A stretch of DNA of 64,000 nt from Eledone cirrhosa. Lineage: Eukaryota. Of this stretch, positions 26,500 through 42,650 are shown in pieces. The first letter of the stretch is position 1. Each line of letters starts with the position of its first letter. The position numbers were made by a program, and so were the translations under genes. A model generated the notes under the pieces. It saw only the letters and a list, made by a program, of their open reading frames with translations, searched no databases and was not told the origin of the DNA. The stretch is from the NCBI GenBank assembly GCA_964016885.1, contig OZ024743.1:209126001-209190000 (forward strand), read 5' to 3'.

Positions 26500-29400
26500 T
26501 TTACCATCCTATGGCCACAGATGAAAGCTCTTCACTCCATAAGATATACCACAGTTTACCATCCTATAGCCACACATGAAAGTTCTTCACCCCATAAGAT
26601 ATACCACAGTTTACCATCCTATAGCCACAGATGAAAGTTCTTCACTCCATAAGATATACCACAGTTTACCATCCTATGGCCAGAGATGAAAGCTCTTCAC
26701 TCCATAAGATATACCACAGTTTACCATCCTATAGCCACACAAGAAAGCTCTTCACTCCATAAGATATACCACAGTTTACCATCATATAGCCACAGATGAA
26801 ATCTCTTCACTCCATAAGATATAACACAGTTTACCATCCTATGGCCAGAGATGAAAGCTCTTCACTCCATAAGATATACCACAGTTCACCATCCTATAAC
26901 CACACATGAAAGCTGTTCACTCCATAAGATATACCACAGTTTACCATCCTATAGCCACACATGAAAGCTGTTCACTCCATAAGATATACCACAGTTTACC
27001 ATCCTATAGCCACACATGAAAGCTCTTCACTACATAAGATATACCACAGTTTACCATCCTATAGCCACACATGGAAGCTCTTCACACCATAAGATATACC
27101 ACAGTTTACCATCATATAGCCACACATGAAAGCTCTTCACTCCATAAGATATACGACAGTTTACCATCCTATAGCCATAGATGAAAGCTCTTCACTCCAT
27201 AAGATATACGACAGTTTACCATCCTATAGCCAGATGAAAGCTCTCAAATCCATAAGATATACCACAGTTTACCATCCTATAGCCACACATGAAAGCTATT
27301 CACTCCATAAGATATACCACAGTTTACCATCATATAGCCACACATGAAAGCTCTTCACTCCATAAGATATACCACACTTTAACATCCTATAGCCACAGAT
27401 GAAAGCTCTTCACTCCATAAGATATACCACAGTTTACCATCCTATAGCCAGATGAAAGCTTTTCACTCCATAAGATATACCACAGTTTAACATCCTATGC
27501 ACACAGATGAAAGCTCTTCACTCCATAAGATATACCACAGTTTACCATCTTATAGCCACACATGAAAGCTCTTCACTCCATAAGATATACCACAGTTTAC
27601 CATCCTATAGCCACACATGGAAGCTCTTCACTCCATAAGATATACCACATTTTACCATCCTATAGCCACACATGAAAGTTCTTCACTCCATAAGATATAC
27701 CACAGTTTACCATCCTATAGCCACACATGGAAGCTCTTCACTCCATGAGATATACCACAGTTTACCATCCTATAGCCACAGATGAAAGCTCTTCACTCTA
27801 TAAGATATACCACAGTTTACTATCTTATAGTGACACATGAAAGCTCTTCACTCCATAAGATATACCACAGTTTACCATCCTATAGCCAGATGAAAGCTCT
27901 TAACTCCATAAGATATACCACAGTTTACCATCCTATAGCCACAGATGATAGCTCTTCACTCCATAAGATAAACCACAGTTTACCATCCTATAGCGAAAGA
28001 TGAAAGCTCTTCACTCCATAAGATATACCACAGTTTACCATCCTATAGCCACAGATGAAAGCTGTTCACTCCATAAGATATACCACATTTTACCATCCTA
28101 TAGCCACACATGAAAGTTCTTCACTCCATAAGATATACCACAGTTTACCATCCCATAGCCACACATGGAAGCTCTTCACTCCATGAGATATACCACAGTT
28201 TACCATCCTATAGGCTCAGATCAAAGCTCTTCATTCCATAAGATATACCACAGTTTACCATCCTATAGCCACAGATGAAAGCTCTTCACTCCACAACATA
28301 TACCACACTTTACCATCCTATAGCCACACATGAGCTCTTCACTCCATAAGATATACCACAGTTTACCATCCTATAGCCACACATGAAAGCTCTTCACTCC
28401 ATAAGATATACCACAGTTTACCATCCTATAGCCAGATGAAAGCTTTTCAATCCATAAGATATACCACAGTTTACCATCCTATAGCCACACATGAAAGCTC
28501 TTCACTCCATAAGATATACCACAGTTTACCATCCTATAGCCACACATGAAAGCTCTTCACTCCATAAGATATACCACAGTTTACCATCCTATAGCCACAC
28601 ATGAAAGCTCTTCACTCCATAAGATATACCACAGTTTACCATCCTATGGCCACACATGAAAGTTCTTAACTCCATAAGATATACCACAGTTTACCATCCT
28701 ATAGCCACACATGAAAACTCTTCACTCCATAAGATATACCACAGTTTACCATCCTATGGCCAGAGATGAAAGCTCTTCACTCCATAAGATATACCACAGT
28801 TTACCATCCTATAGCCACACATGGAAGCTCTTCACTCCATAAGATATACCACAGTTTACCATCCGATAGCCACACATGAAAGCTCTTCACTCCATAAGAT
28901 ATACCACAGTTTACCATCCTATAGCCAGATGAAAGTTCTTAACTCCATAAGATATACCACAGTATACCATCCTATAGCCACATATGAAAGCTCTTCACTC
29001 CATAACATATACCACAGTTTACCATCCTATAGCCACGCATGAAAGCTCTTCACTCCATAAGATATACCACAGTTTACCTTCCTATAGCCACACATGAAAT
29101 CTTATCACTCCATAAGTTATACCAGAGTTTACCATCCTATAGCCACAGATGAAAGCTCTTCACTCCATAAGTTATACCACAGTTTACCATCCTATAGCCA
29201 CAGATGAAAGCTCTTCACTCCATAACATATACCACAGTTTACCATCCTATAGCCACACATGAGAGCTCTTCACTCCATAAGATATACCTCAGTTTACCAT
29301 CATATAGCCACAGATGAAATCTCTTCACTCCATAAGATATAACACAGTTTACCATCCTATGGCCAGAGATGAAAGCTCTTCACTCCATAAGATATACCAC

Positions 29401-32400
29401 AGTTTACCATCCTATAGCCACACATGAATGCTGTTCACTCCATAAGATATACCACAGTTTACCATCCTATAGCCACACATGAATGCTCTTCACTCCATAA
29501 GATATACCACAGTTTACCATCCTATAGCCACACAAGAAAGCTCTTCACTCCATAAGATATACCACAGTTTACCATCATATAGCCACAGATGAAATCTCTT
29601 CACTCCATAAGATATAACACAGTTTACCATACTATGGCCACAGATGAAAGCTCTTCACTCCATAAGATATACCACAGTTTACCATCCTATAGCCACACAT
29701 GAAAGTTCTTCACCCCATAAGATATACCACAGTTTACCATCCTATAGCCACAGATGAAAGTTCTTCACTCCATAAGATATACCACAGTTTACCATCCTAT
29801 GGCCAGAGATGAAAGCTCTTCACTCCATAAGATATACCACAGTTTACCATCCTATAGCCACACAAGAAAGCTCTTCACTCCATAAGATATACCACAGTTT
29901 ACCATCATATAGCCACAGATGAAATCTCTTCACTCCATAAGATATAACACAGTTTACCATCCTATGGCCAGAGATGAAAGCTCTTCACTCCATAAGATAT
30001 ACCACAGTTCACCATCCTATAGCCACACATGAAAGCTGTTCACTCCATAAGATATACCACAGTTTACCATCCTATAGCCACACATGAAAGCTGTTCACTC
30101 CATAAGATATACCACAGTTTACCATCCTATAGCCACACATGAAAGCTCTTCACTACATAAGATATACCACAGTTTACCATCCTATAGCCACACATGGAAG
30201 CTCTTCACACCATAAGATATACCACAGTTTACCATCATATAGCCACACATGAAAGCTCTTCACTCCATAAGATATACGACAGTTTACCATCCTATAGCCA
30301 TAGATGAAAGCTCTTCACTCCATAAGATATACGACAGTTTACCATCCTATAGCCAGATGAAAGCTCTTAAATCCATAAGATATACCACAGTTTACCATCC
30401 TATAGCCACACATGAAAGCTATTCACTCCATAAGATATACCACAGTTTACCATCATATAGCCACACATGAAAGCTCTTCACTCCATAAGATATACCACAC
30501 TTTACCATCCTATAGCCACAGATGAAAGCTCTTCACTCCATAAGATATACCACAGTTTACCATCCTATAGCCAGATGAAAGCTTTTCACTCCATAAGATA
30601 TACCACAGTTTAACATCCTATGCACACAGATGAAAGCTCTTCACTCCATAAGATATACCACAGTTTACCATCTTATAGCCACACATGAAAGCTCTTCACT
30701 CCATAAGATATACCACAGTTTACCATCCTATAGCCACACATGGAAGCTCTTCACTCCATAAGATATACCACATTTTACCATCCTATAGCCACACATGAAA
30801 GTTCTTCACTCCATAAGATATACCACAGTTTACCATCCTATAGCCACACATGGAAGCTCTTCACTCCATGAGATATACCACAGTTTACCATCCTATAGCC
30901 ACAGATGAAAGCTCTTCACTCTATAAGATATACCACAGTTTACCATCTTATAGTGACACATGAAAGCTCTTCACTCCATAAGATATACCACAGTTTACCA
31001 TCCTATAGCCAGATGAAAGCTCTTAACTCCATAAGATATACCACAGTTTACCATCCTATAGCCACAGATGATAGCTCTTCACTCCATAAGATAAACCACA
31101 GTTTACCATCCTATAGCGAAAGATGAAAGCTCTTCACTCCATAAGATATACCACAGTTTACCATCCTATAGCCACAGATGAAAGCTGTTCACTCCATAAG
31201 ATATACCACATTTTACCATCCTATAGCCACACATGAAAGTTCTTCACTCCATAAGATATACCACAGTTTACCATCCCATAGCCACACATGGAAGCTCTTC
31301 ACTCCATGAGATATACCACAGTTTACCATCCTATAGGCTCAGATCAAAGCTCTTCATTCCATAAGATATACCACAGTTTACCATCCTATAGCCACAGATG
31401 AAAGCTCTTCACTCCACAACATATACCACACTTTACCATCCTATAGCCACACATGAGCTCTTCACTCCATAAGATATACCACAGTTTACCATCCTATAGC
31501 CACACATGAAAGCTCTTCACTCCATAAGATATACCACACTTTACCATCCTATAGCCAGATGAAAGCTTTTCAATCCATAAGATATACCACAGTTTACCAT
31601 CCTATAGCCACACATGAAAGCTCTTCACTCCATAAGATATACCACAGTTTACCATCCTATAGCCACACATGAAAGCTCTTCACTCCATAAGATATACCAC
31701 AGTTTACCATCCTATAGCCACACATGAAAGCTCTTCACTCCATAAGATATACCACAGTTTACCATCCTATGGCCACACATGAAAGTTCTTAACTCCATAA
31801 GATATACCACAGTTTACCATCCTATAGCCACACATGAAAACTCTTCACTCCATAAGATATACCACAGTTTACCATCCTATGGCCAGAGATGAAAGCTCTT
31901 CACTCCATAAGATATACCACAGTTTACCATCCTATAGCCACACATGGAAGCTCTTCACTCCATAAGATATACCACAGTTTACCATCCGATAGCCACACAT
32001 GAAAGCTCTTCACTCCATAAGATATACCACAGTTTACCATCCTATAGCCAGATGAAAGTTCTTAACTCCATAAGATATACCACAGTATACCATCCTATAG
32101 CCACATATGAAAGCTCTTCACTCCATAACATATACCACAGTTTACCATCCTATAGCCACGCATGAAAGCTCTTCACTCCATAAGATATACCACAGTTTAC
32201 CTTCCTATAGCCACACATGAAATCTTATCACTCCATAAGTTATACCAGAGTTTACCATCCTATAGCCACAGATGAAAGCTCTTCACTCCATAAGTTATAC
32301 CACAGTTTACCATCCTATAGCCACAGATGAAAGCTCTTCACTCCATAACATATACCACAGTTTACCATCCTATAGCCACACATGAGAGCTCTTCACTCCA

Positions 32401-35200
32401 TAAGATATACCTCAGTTTACCATCATATAGCCACAGATGAAATCTCTTCACTCCATAAGATATAACACAGTTTACCATCCTATGGCCAGAGATGAAAGCT
32501 CTTCACTCCATAAGATATACCACAGTTTACCATCCTATAGCCACACATGAATGCTGTTCACTCCATAAGATATACCACAGTTTACCATCCTATAGCCACA
32601 CATGAATGCTCTTCACTCCATAAGATATACCACAGTTTACCATCCTATAGCCACACAAGAAAGCTCTTCACTCCATAAGATATACCACAGTTTACCATCA
32701 TATAGCCACAGATGAAATCTCTTCACTCCATAAGATATAACACAGTTTACCATCCTATGGCCAGAGATGAAAGCTCTTCACTCCATAAGATATACCACAG
32801 TTTACCATCCTATAGCCACACATGAAAGCTGTTCACTCCATAAGATATACCACAGTTTACCATCCTATAGCCACACATGAAAGCTGTTCACTCCATAAGA
32901 TATACCACAGTTTACCATCCTATAGCCACACATGAAAGCTCTTCACTACATAAGATATACCACAGTTTACCATCCTATAGCCACACATGGAAGCTCTTCA
33001 CACCATAAGATATACCACAGTTTACCATCATATAGCCACACATGAAAGCTCTTCACTCCATAAGATATACGACAGTTTACCATCCTATAGCCATAGATGA
33101 AAGCTCTTCACTCCATAAGATATACGACAGTTTACCATCCTATAGCCAGATGAAAGCTCTTAAATCCATAAGATATACCACAGTTTACCATCCTATAGCC
33201 ACACATGAAAGCTATTCACTCCATAAGATATACCACAGTTTACCATCATATAGCCACACATGAAAGCTCTTCACTCCATAAGATATACCACACTTTACCA
33301 TCCTATAGCCACAGATGAAATCTCTTCACTCCATAAGATATACCACAGTTTACCATCCTATAGCCAGATGAAAGCTTTTCACTCCATAAGATATACCACA
33401 GTTTAACATCCTATGCACACAGATGAAAGCTCTTCACTCCATAAGATATACCACAGTTTACCATCCTATAGCCACACATGAAAGCTCTTCACTCCATAAG
33501 ATATACCACAGTTTACCATCCTATAGCCACACATGGAAGCTCTTCACTCCATAAGATATACCACAGTTTACCATCCTATAGCCACACATGAAAGCTCTTC
33601 ACTCCATAAGATATACCACAGTTTACCATCCTATAGCCAGATGAAAGCTTTTCACTCCATCAGATATACCACAGTTTACCATCCTATAGCCACAGATGAA
33701 AGCTCTTCACTCTATAAGATATACCACAGTTTACCATCTTATAGTGACACATGAAAGCTCTTCACTCCATAAGATATACCACAGTTTACCATCCTATAGC
33801 CAGATGAAAGCTCTTAACTCCATAAGATATACCACAGTTTACCATCCTATAGCCACAGATGATAGCTCTTCACTCCATAAGATAAACCACAGTTTACCAT
33901 CCTATAGCGAAAGATGAAAGCTCTTCACTCCATAAGATATACCACAGTTTACCATCCTATAGCCACAGATGAAAGCTGTTCACTCCATAAGATATACCAC
34001 ATTTTACCATCCTATAGCCACACATGAAAGTTCTTCACTCCATAAGATATACCACAGTTTACCATCCCATAGCCACACATGGAAGCTCTTCACTCCATGA
34101 GATATACCACAGTTTACCATCCTATAGGCTCAGATCAAAGCTCTTCATTCCATAAGATATACCACAGTTTACCATCCTATAGCCACAGATGAAAGCTCTT
34201 CACTCCACAACATATACCACACTTTACCATCCTATAGCCACACATGAGCTCTTCACTCCATAAGATATACCACAGTTTACCATCCTATAGCCACACATGA
34301 AAGCTCTCCACTCCATAAGATATACCACAGTTTACCATCCTATAGCCAGATGAAAGCTTTTCAATCCATAAGATATACCACAGTTTACCATCCTATAGCC
34401 ACACATGAAAGCTCTTCACTCCATAAGATATACCACAGTTTACCATCCTATAGCCACACATGAAAGCTCTTCACTCCATAAGATATACCACAGTTTACCA
34501 TCCTATAGCCACACATGAAAGCTCTTCACTCCATAAGATATACCACAGTTTACCATCCTATGGCCACACATGAAAGTTTTTAACTCCATAAGATATACCA
34601 CAGTTTACCATCCTATAGCCACACATGAAAACTCTTCACTCCATAAGATATACCACAGTTTACCATCCTATGGCCAGAGATGAAAGCTCTTCACTCCATA
34701 AGATATACCACAGTTTACCATCCTATAGCCACACATGGAAGCTCTTCACTCCATAAGATATACCACAGTTTACCATCCGATAGCCACACATGAAAGCTCT
34801 TCACTCCATAAGATATACCACAGTTTACCATCCTATAGCCAGATGAAAGTTCTTAACTCCATAAGATATACCACAGTATACCATCCTATAGCCACATATG
34901 AAAGCTCTTCACTCCATAACATATACCACAGTTTACCATCCTATAGCCACGCATGAAAGCTCTTCACTCCATAAGATATACCACAGTTTACCTTCCTATA
35001 GCCACACATGAAATCTTATCACTCCATAAGTTATACCAGAGTTTACCATCCTATAGCCACAGATGAAAGCTCTTCACTCCATAAGTTATACCACAGTTTA
35101 CCATCCTATAGCCACAGATGAAAGCTCTTCACTCCATAACATATACCACAGTTTACCATCCTATAGCCACACATGAGAGCTCTTCACTCCATAAGATATA
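26500..35200. repeat. Three tandem higher-order units (periods 3123 bp = 57 monomers, then ~2791 bp = 51 monomers)
   Basis: ORF series 27126/30249/33042, 27782/30905/33696 and 28821/31944/34735. Markers GCGAAAGATG, GGCTCAGATCAAAGC and CACTACATAAG recur with the same offsets. Confidence 0.9.
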
Positions 35201-38200
35201 CCTCAGTTTACCATCCTATAGCCACACATGAAAGCTCTTCACTCCATAAGATATACCACAGTTTACCATCCTATAGCCAGATGAAAGCTTTTCAATACAT
35301 AAGATATACCACAGTTTACCATCCTATAGCCACACATGAAAGCTCTTCACTCCATAAGATATACCACATTTTACCATCCTATAGCCACACATGAAAGCTC
35401 TTCACTCCATAAGATATACCACAGTTTACCATCCTATAGCCTCACATGAAAGTTCTTCACCCCATAAGATATACCACAGTTTACCATCCTATAGCCACAG
35501 ATGAAAGTTCTTCACTCCATAAGATATACCACAGTTTACCATCCTATGGCCACACATGAAAGCTCTTCATTCCATAAGATATACCACAGTTTACCATCAT
35601 ATAGCCACAGATGAAATCTCTTCACTCCATAAGATATAACACAGTTTACCATCCTATGGCCAGAGATGAAAGCTCTTCACTCCATAAGATATACCACAGT
35701 TTACCATCCTATAGCCACACATGAAAGCTGTTCACTCCATAAGATATACCACAGTTTACCATCCTATAGCCACACATGAATGCTCTTCACTCCATAAGAT
35801 ATACCACAGTTTACCATCCTATAGCCACACATGGAAGCTCTTCACTCCATAAGATATACCACAGTTTACCTTCCTATAGCCACACATGAAATCTTATCAC
35901 TCCATAAGTTATACCAGAGTTTACCATCCTATAGCCACAGATGAAAGCTCTTCACTCCATAAGTTATACCACAGTTTACCATCCTATAGCCACAGATGAA
36001 AGCTCTTCACTCCATAACATATACCACAGTTTACCATCCTATAGCCACACATGAGAGCTCTTCACTCCATAAGATATACCTCAGTTTACCATCCTATAGC
36101 CACACATGAAAGCTCTTCACTCCATAAGATATACCACAGTTTACCATCCTATAGCCAGATGAAAGCTTTTCAATACATAAGATATACCACAGTTTACCAT
36201 CCTATAGCCACACATGAAAGCTCTTCACTCCATAAGATATACCACAGTTTACCATCCTATAGCCACACATGAAAGCTCTTCACTCCATAAGATATACCAC
36301 AGTTTACCATCCTATGGCCACAGATGAAAGCTCTTCACTCCATAAGATATACCACAGTTTACCATCCTATAGCCACACATGAAAGTTCTTCACCCCATAA
36401 GATATACCACAGTTTACCATCCTATAGCCACAGATGAAAGTTCTTCACTCCATAAGATATACCACAGTTTACCATCCTATGGCCAGAGATGAAAGCTCTT
36501 CACTCCATAAGATATACCACAGTTTACCATCCTATAGCCACACATGAAAGCTCTTCATTCCATAAGATATACCACAGTTTACCATCATATAGCCTCAGAT
36601 GAAATCTCTTCACTCCATAAGATATAACACAGTTTACCATCCTATGGCCAGAGATGAAAGCTCTTCACTCCAAAAGATATACCACAGTTTACCATCCTAT
36701 AGCCACACATGAAAGCTGTTCACTCCATAAGATATACCACAGTTTACTATCCTATAGCCACACATGAAAGCTCTTCACTCCATAAGATATACCACAGTTT
36801 ACCATCCTATAGCCACACATGGAAGCTCTTCACTCCATAAGATATACCACAGTTTACCATCATATAGCCACACATGAAAGCTCTTCACTCCATAAGATAT
36901 ACGACAGTTTACCATCCTATAGCCATAGATGAAAGCTCTTCACTCCATAAGATATACGACAGTTTACCATCCTATAGCCAGATGAAAGCTCTTAAATCAA
37001 TAAGATATACCACAGTTTACCATCCTATAGCCACACATGAAAGCTATTCACTCCATAAGATATACCACAGTTTAACATCCTATGCCCACAGATGAAAGCC
37101 CTTCACTCCATAAGATATACCACAGTTTACCATCCTATAGCCACACATGAAAGCTCTTCACTCCATAAGATATACCACAGTTTACCATCCTATAGCCACA
37201 CATGGAAGCTCTTCACTCCATAAGATATTCCACAGTTTACCATCCTATAGCCACACATGAAAGCTCTTCACTCCATAAGATATACCACAGTTTACCATCC
37301 TATAGCCAGATGAAAGCTCTTCACTCCATAAGATATACCACAGTTCACCATCCTATAGCCACACATGAAAGCTCTTCACTCCATAACATATACCACAGTT
37401 TACCATCCTATAGCCACACATGAAAGCTCTTCACTCCATAAGATATACCACAGTTTACCATCCTATAGCCAGATGAAAGCTCTTCACTCCATAAGATATA
37501 CCACAGTTCACATCCTATAGCCACACATGAAAGCTCTTCACTCCATAAGATATACCACAGTTTACCATCCTATGGCCAGAGATGAAAGCTCTTCACTCCA
37601 TAAGATATACCACAGTTTACCATCCTATAGCCACACATGGAAGCTCTTCACTCCATAAGATATACCACAGTTTACCATCCGATAGCCACACATGAATGCT
37701 CTTCACTCCATAAGATATACCACAGTTTACCATCCTATAGCCAGATGAAAGTTCTTCACTCCATAAGATATACCACAGTATACCATCCTATAACCACATA
37801 TGAAAGCTCTTCACTCCATAACATATACCACAGTTTACCATCCTATAGCCACGCATGAAAGCTCTTCACTCCATAAGATATACCACAGTTTACCTTCCTA
37901 TAGCCACACATGAAATCTTATCACTCCATAAGTTATACCAGAGTTTACCATCCTATAGCCACAGATGAAAGCTCTTCACTCCATAACATATACCACAGTT
38001 TACCATCCTATAGCCACACATGAGAGCTCTTCACTCCATAAGATATACCTCAGTTTACCATCCTATAGCCACACATGAAAGCTTTTCACTCCATAAGATA
38101 TACCACAGTTTACCATCCTATAGCCAGATGAAAGCTTTTCAATACATAAGATATACCACAGTTTACCATCCTATAGCCACACATGAAAGCTCTTCACTCC

Positions 38201-41200
38201 ATAAGATATACCACATTTTACCATCCTATAGCCACACATGAAAGCTCTTCACTCCATAAGATATACCACAGTTTACCATCCTATAGCCTCACATGAAAGT
38301 TCTTCACCCCATAAGATATACCACAGTTTACCATCCTATAGCCACAGATGAAAGTTCTTCACTCCATAAGATATACCACAGTTTACCATCCTATGGCCAC
38401 ACATGAAAGCTCTTCATTCCATAAGATATACCACAGTTTACCATCATATAGCCACAGATGAAATCTCTTCACTCCATAAGATATAACACAGTTTACCATC
38501 CTATGGCCAGAGATGAAAGCTCTTCACTCCATAAGATATACCACAGTTTACCATCCTATAGCCACACATGAAAGCTGTTCACTCCATAAGATATACCACA
38601 GTTTACCATCCTATAGCCACACATGAATGCTCTTCACTCCATAAGATATACCACAGTTTACCATCCTATAGCCACACATGGAAGCTCTTCACTCCATAAG
38701 ATATACCACAGTTTACCTTCCTATAGCCACACATGAAATCTTATCACTCCATAAGTTATACCAGAGTTTACCATCCTATAGCCACAGATGAAAGCTCTTC
38801 ACTCCATAAGTTATACCACAGTTTACCATCCTATAGCCACAGATGAAAGCTCTTCACTCCATAACATATACCACAGTTTACCATCCTATAGCCACACATG
38901 AGAGCTCTTCACTCCATAAGATATACCTCAGTTTACCATCCTATAGCCACACATGAAAGCTCTTCACTCCATAAGATATACCACAGTTTACCATCCTATA
39001 GCCAGATGAAAGCTTTTCAATACATAAGATATACCACAGTTTACCATCCTATAGCCACACATGAAAGCTCTTCACTCCATAAGATATACCACAGTTTACC
39101 ATCCTATAGCCACACATGAAAGCTCTTCACTCCATAAGATATACCACAGTTTACCATCCTATGGCCACAGATGAAAGCTCTTCACTCCATAAGATATACC
39201 ACAGTTTACCATCCTATAGCCACACATGAAAGTTCTTCACCCCATAAGATATACCACAGTTTACCATCCTATAGCCACAGATGAAAGTTCTTCACTCCAT
39301 AAGATATACCACAGTTTACCATCCTATGGCCAGAGATGAAAGCTCTTCACTCCATAAGATATACCACAGTTTACCATCCTATAGCCACACATGAAAGCTC
39401 TTCATTCCATAAGATATACCACAGTTTACCATCATATAGCCTCAGATGAAATCTCTTCACTCCATAAGATATAACACAGTTTACCATCCTATGGCCAGAG
39501 ATGAAAGCTCTTCACTCCAAAAGATATACCACAGTTTACCATCCTATAGCCACACATGAAAGCTGTTCACTCCATAAGATATACCACAGTTTACTATCCT
39601 ATAGCCACACATGAAAGCTCTTCACTCCATAAGATATACCACAGTTTACCATCCTATAGCCACACATGGAAGCTCTTCACTCCATAAGATATACCACAGT
39701 TTACCATCATATAGCCACACATGAAAGCTCTTCACTCCATAAGATATACGACAGTTTACCATCCTATAGCCATAGATGAAAGCTCTTCACTCCATAAGAT
39801 ATACGACAGTTTACCATCCTATAGCCAGATGAAAGCTCTTAAATCAATAAGATATACCACAGTTTACCATCCTATAGCCACACATGAAAGCTATTCACTC
39901 CATAAGATATACCACAGTTTAACATCCTATGCCCACAGATGAAAGCCCTTCACTCCATAAGATATACCACAGTTTACCATCCTATAGCCACACATGAAAG
40001 CTCTTCACTCCATAAGATATACCACAGTTTACCATCCTATAGCCACACATGGAAGCTCTTCACTCCATAAGATATTCCACAGTTTACCATCCTATAGCCA
40101 CACATGAAAGCTCTTCACTCCATAAGATATACCACAATTTACCATCCTATAGCCAGATGAAAGCTCTTCACTCCATAAGATATACCACAGTTCACCATCC
40201 TATAGCCACACATGAAAGCTCTTCACTCCATAACATATACCACAGTTTACCATCCTATAGCCACACATGAAAGCTCTTCATTCCATAAGATATACCACAG
40301 TTTACCATCCTATAGCCAGATGAAAGCTCTTCACTCCATAAGATATACCACAGTTCACATCCTATAGCCACACATGAAAGCTCTTCACTCCATAATATAT
40401 ACCACAGTTTACCATCCTATGGCCAGAGATGAAAGCTCTTCACTCCATAAGATATACCACAGTTTACCATCCTATAGACACACATGGAAGCTCTTCACTC
40501 CATAAGATATACCACAGTTTACCATCCGATAGCCACACATGAATGCTCTTCACTCCATAAGATATACCACAGTTTACCATCCTATAGCCAGATGAAAGTT
40601 CTTCACTCCATAAGATATACCACAGTATACCATCCTATAGCCACATATGAAAGCTCTTCACTCCATAACATATACCACAGTTTACCATCCTATAGCCACG
40701 CATGAAAGCTCTTCACTCCATAAGATATACCACAGTTTACCTTCCTATAGCCACACATGAAATCTTATCACTCCATAAGTTATACCAGAGTTTACCATCC
40801 TATAGCCACAGATGAAAGCTCTTCACTCCATAAGTTATACCACAGTTTACCATCCTATAGCCACAGATGAAAGCTCTTCACTCCATAACATATACCACAG
40901 TTTACCATCCTATAGCCACACATGAGAGCTCTTCACTCCATAAGATATACCTCAGTTTACCATCCTATAGCCACACATGAAAGCTCTTCACTCCATAAGA
41001 TATACCACAGTTTACCATCCTATAGCCAGATGAAAGCTTTTCAATACATAATATATACCACAGTTTACCATCCTATAGCCACACATGAAAGCTCTTCACT
41101 CCATAAGATATACCACATTTTACCATCCTATAGCCACACATGAAAGCTATTCACTCCATAAGATATACCACAGTTTACCATCCTATAGCCACACATGAAA

Positions 41201-42650
41201 GTTCTTCACCCCATAAGATATACCACAGTTTACCATCCTATAGCCACAGATGAAAGTTCTTCACTCCATAAGATATACCACAGTTTACCATCCTATGGCC
41301 ACACATGAAAGCTCTTCATTCCATAAGATATACCACAGATTACCATCATATAACCACAGATGAAATCTCTTCACTCCATAAGATATAACACAGTTTACCA
41401 TCCTATGGCCAGAGATGAAAGCTCTTCACTCCATAAGATATACCACAGTTTACCATCCTATAGCCACACATGAAAGCTGTTCACTCCATAAGATATACCA
41501 CAGTTTACCATCCTATAGCCACACATGAATGCTCTTCACTCCATAAGATATACCACAGTTTACCATCCTATAGCCTCACATGGAAGCTCTTCACTCCATA
41601 AGATATACCACAGTTTACCTTCCTATAGCCACACATGAAATCTTATCACTCCATAAGTTATACCAGAGTTTACCATCCTATAGCCACAGATGAAAGCTCT
41701 TCACTCCATAAGTTATACCACAGTTTACCATCCTATAGCCACAGATGAAAGCTCTTCACTCCATAACATATACCACAGTTTACCATCCTATAGCCACACA
41801 TGAGAGCTCTTCACTCCATAAGATATACCTCAGTTTACCATCCTATAGCCACACATGAAAGCTCTTCACTCCATAAGATATACCACAGTTTACCATCCTA
41901 TAGCCAGATGAAAGCTTTTCAATACATAAGATATACCACAGTTTACCATCCTATAGCCACACATGAAAGCTCTTCACTCAATAAGATATACCACAGTTTA
42001 CCATCCTATAGCCACACATGAAAGCTCTTCACTCCATAAGATATACCACAGTTTACCATCCTATGGCCACAGATGAAAGCTCTTCACTCCATAAGATATA
42101 CCACAGTTTACCATCCTATAGCCACACATGAAAGTTCTTCACCCCATAAGATATACCACAGTTTACCATCCTATAGCCACAGATGAAAGTTCTTCACTCC
42201 ATAAGATATACCACAGTTTACCATCCTATGGCCAGAGATGAAAGCTCTTCACTCCATAAGATATACCACAGTTTACGATCCTATAGCCACACATGAAAGC
42301 TCTTAATTCCATAAGATATAGCACAGTTTACCATCATATAGCCTCAGATGAAATCTCTTCACTCCATAAGATATAACACAGTTTACCATCCTATGGCCAG
42401 AGATGAAAGCTCTTCACTCCATAAGATATACCACAGTTTACCATCCTATAGCCACACATGAAAGCTGTTCACTCCATAAGATATACCACAGTTTACTATC
42501 CTATAGCCACACATGAAAGCTCTTCACTCCATAAGATATACCACAGTTTACCATCCTATAGCCACACATGGAAGCTCTTCACTCCATAAGATATACCACA
42601 GTTTACCATCATATAGCCACACATGAAAGCTCTTCACTCCATAAGATATA
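34650..42650. repeat. Tandem higher-order units of 2847/2902 bp (52/53 monomers), each containing an internal 878-bp (16-mer) duplication
   Basis: ORF offset 2847 for 35173/38020, 36051/38898, 36874/39721, 37202/40049 and 37637/40484. Offset 2902 for 38020/40922 and 38898/41800. Marker CTCCAAAAG at ~36671/39518. 878 = 15x55+53. Confidence 0.9.
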
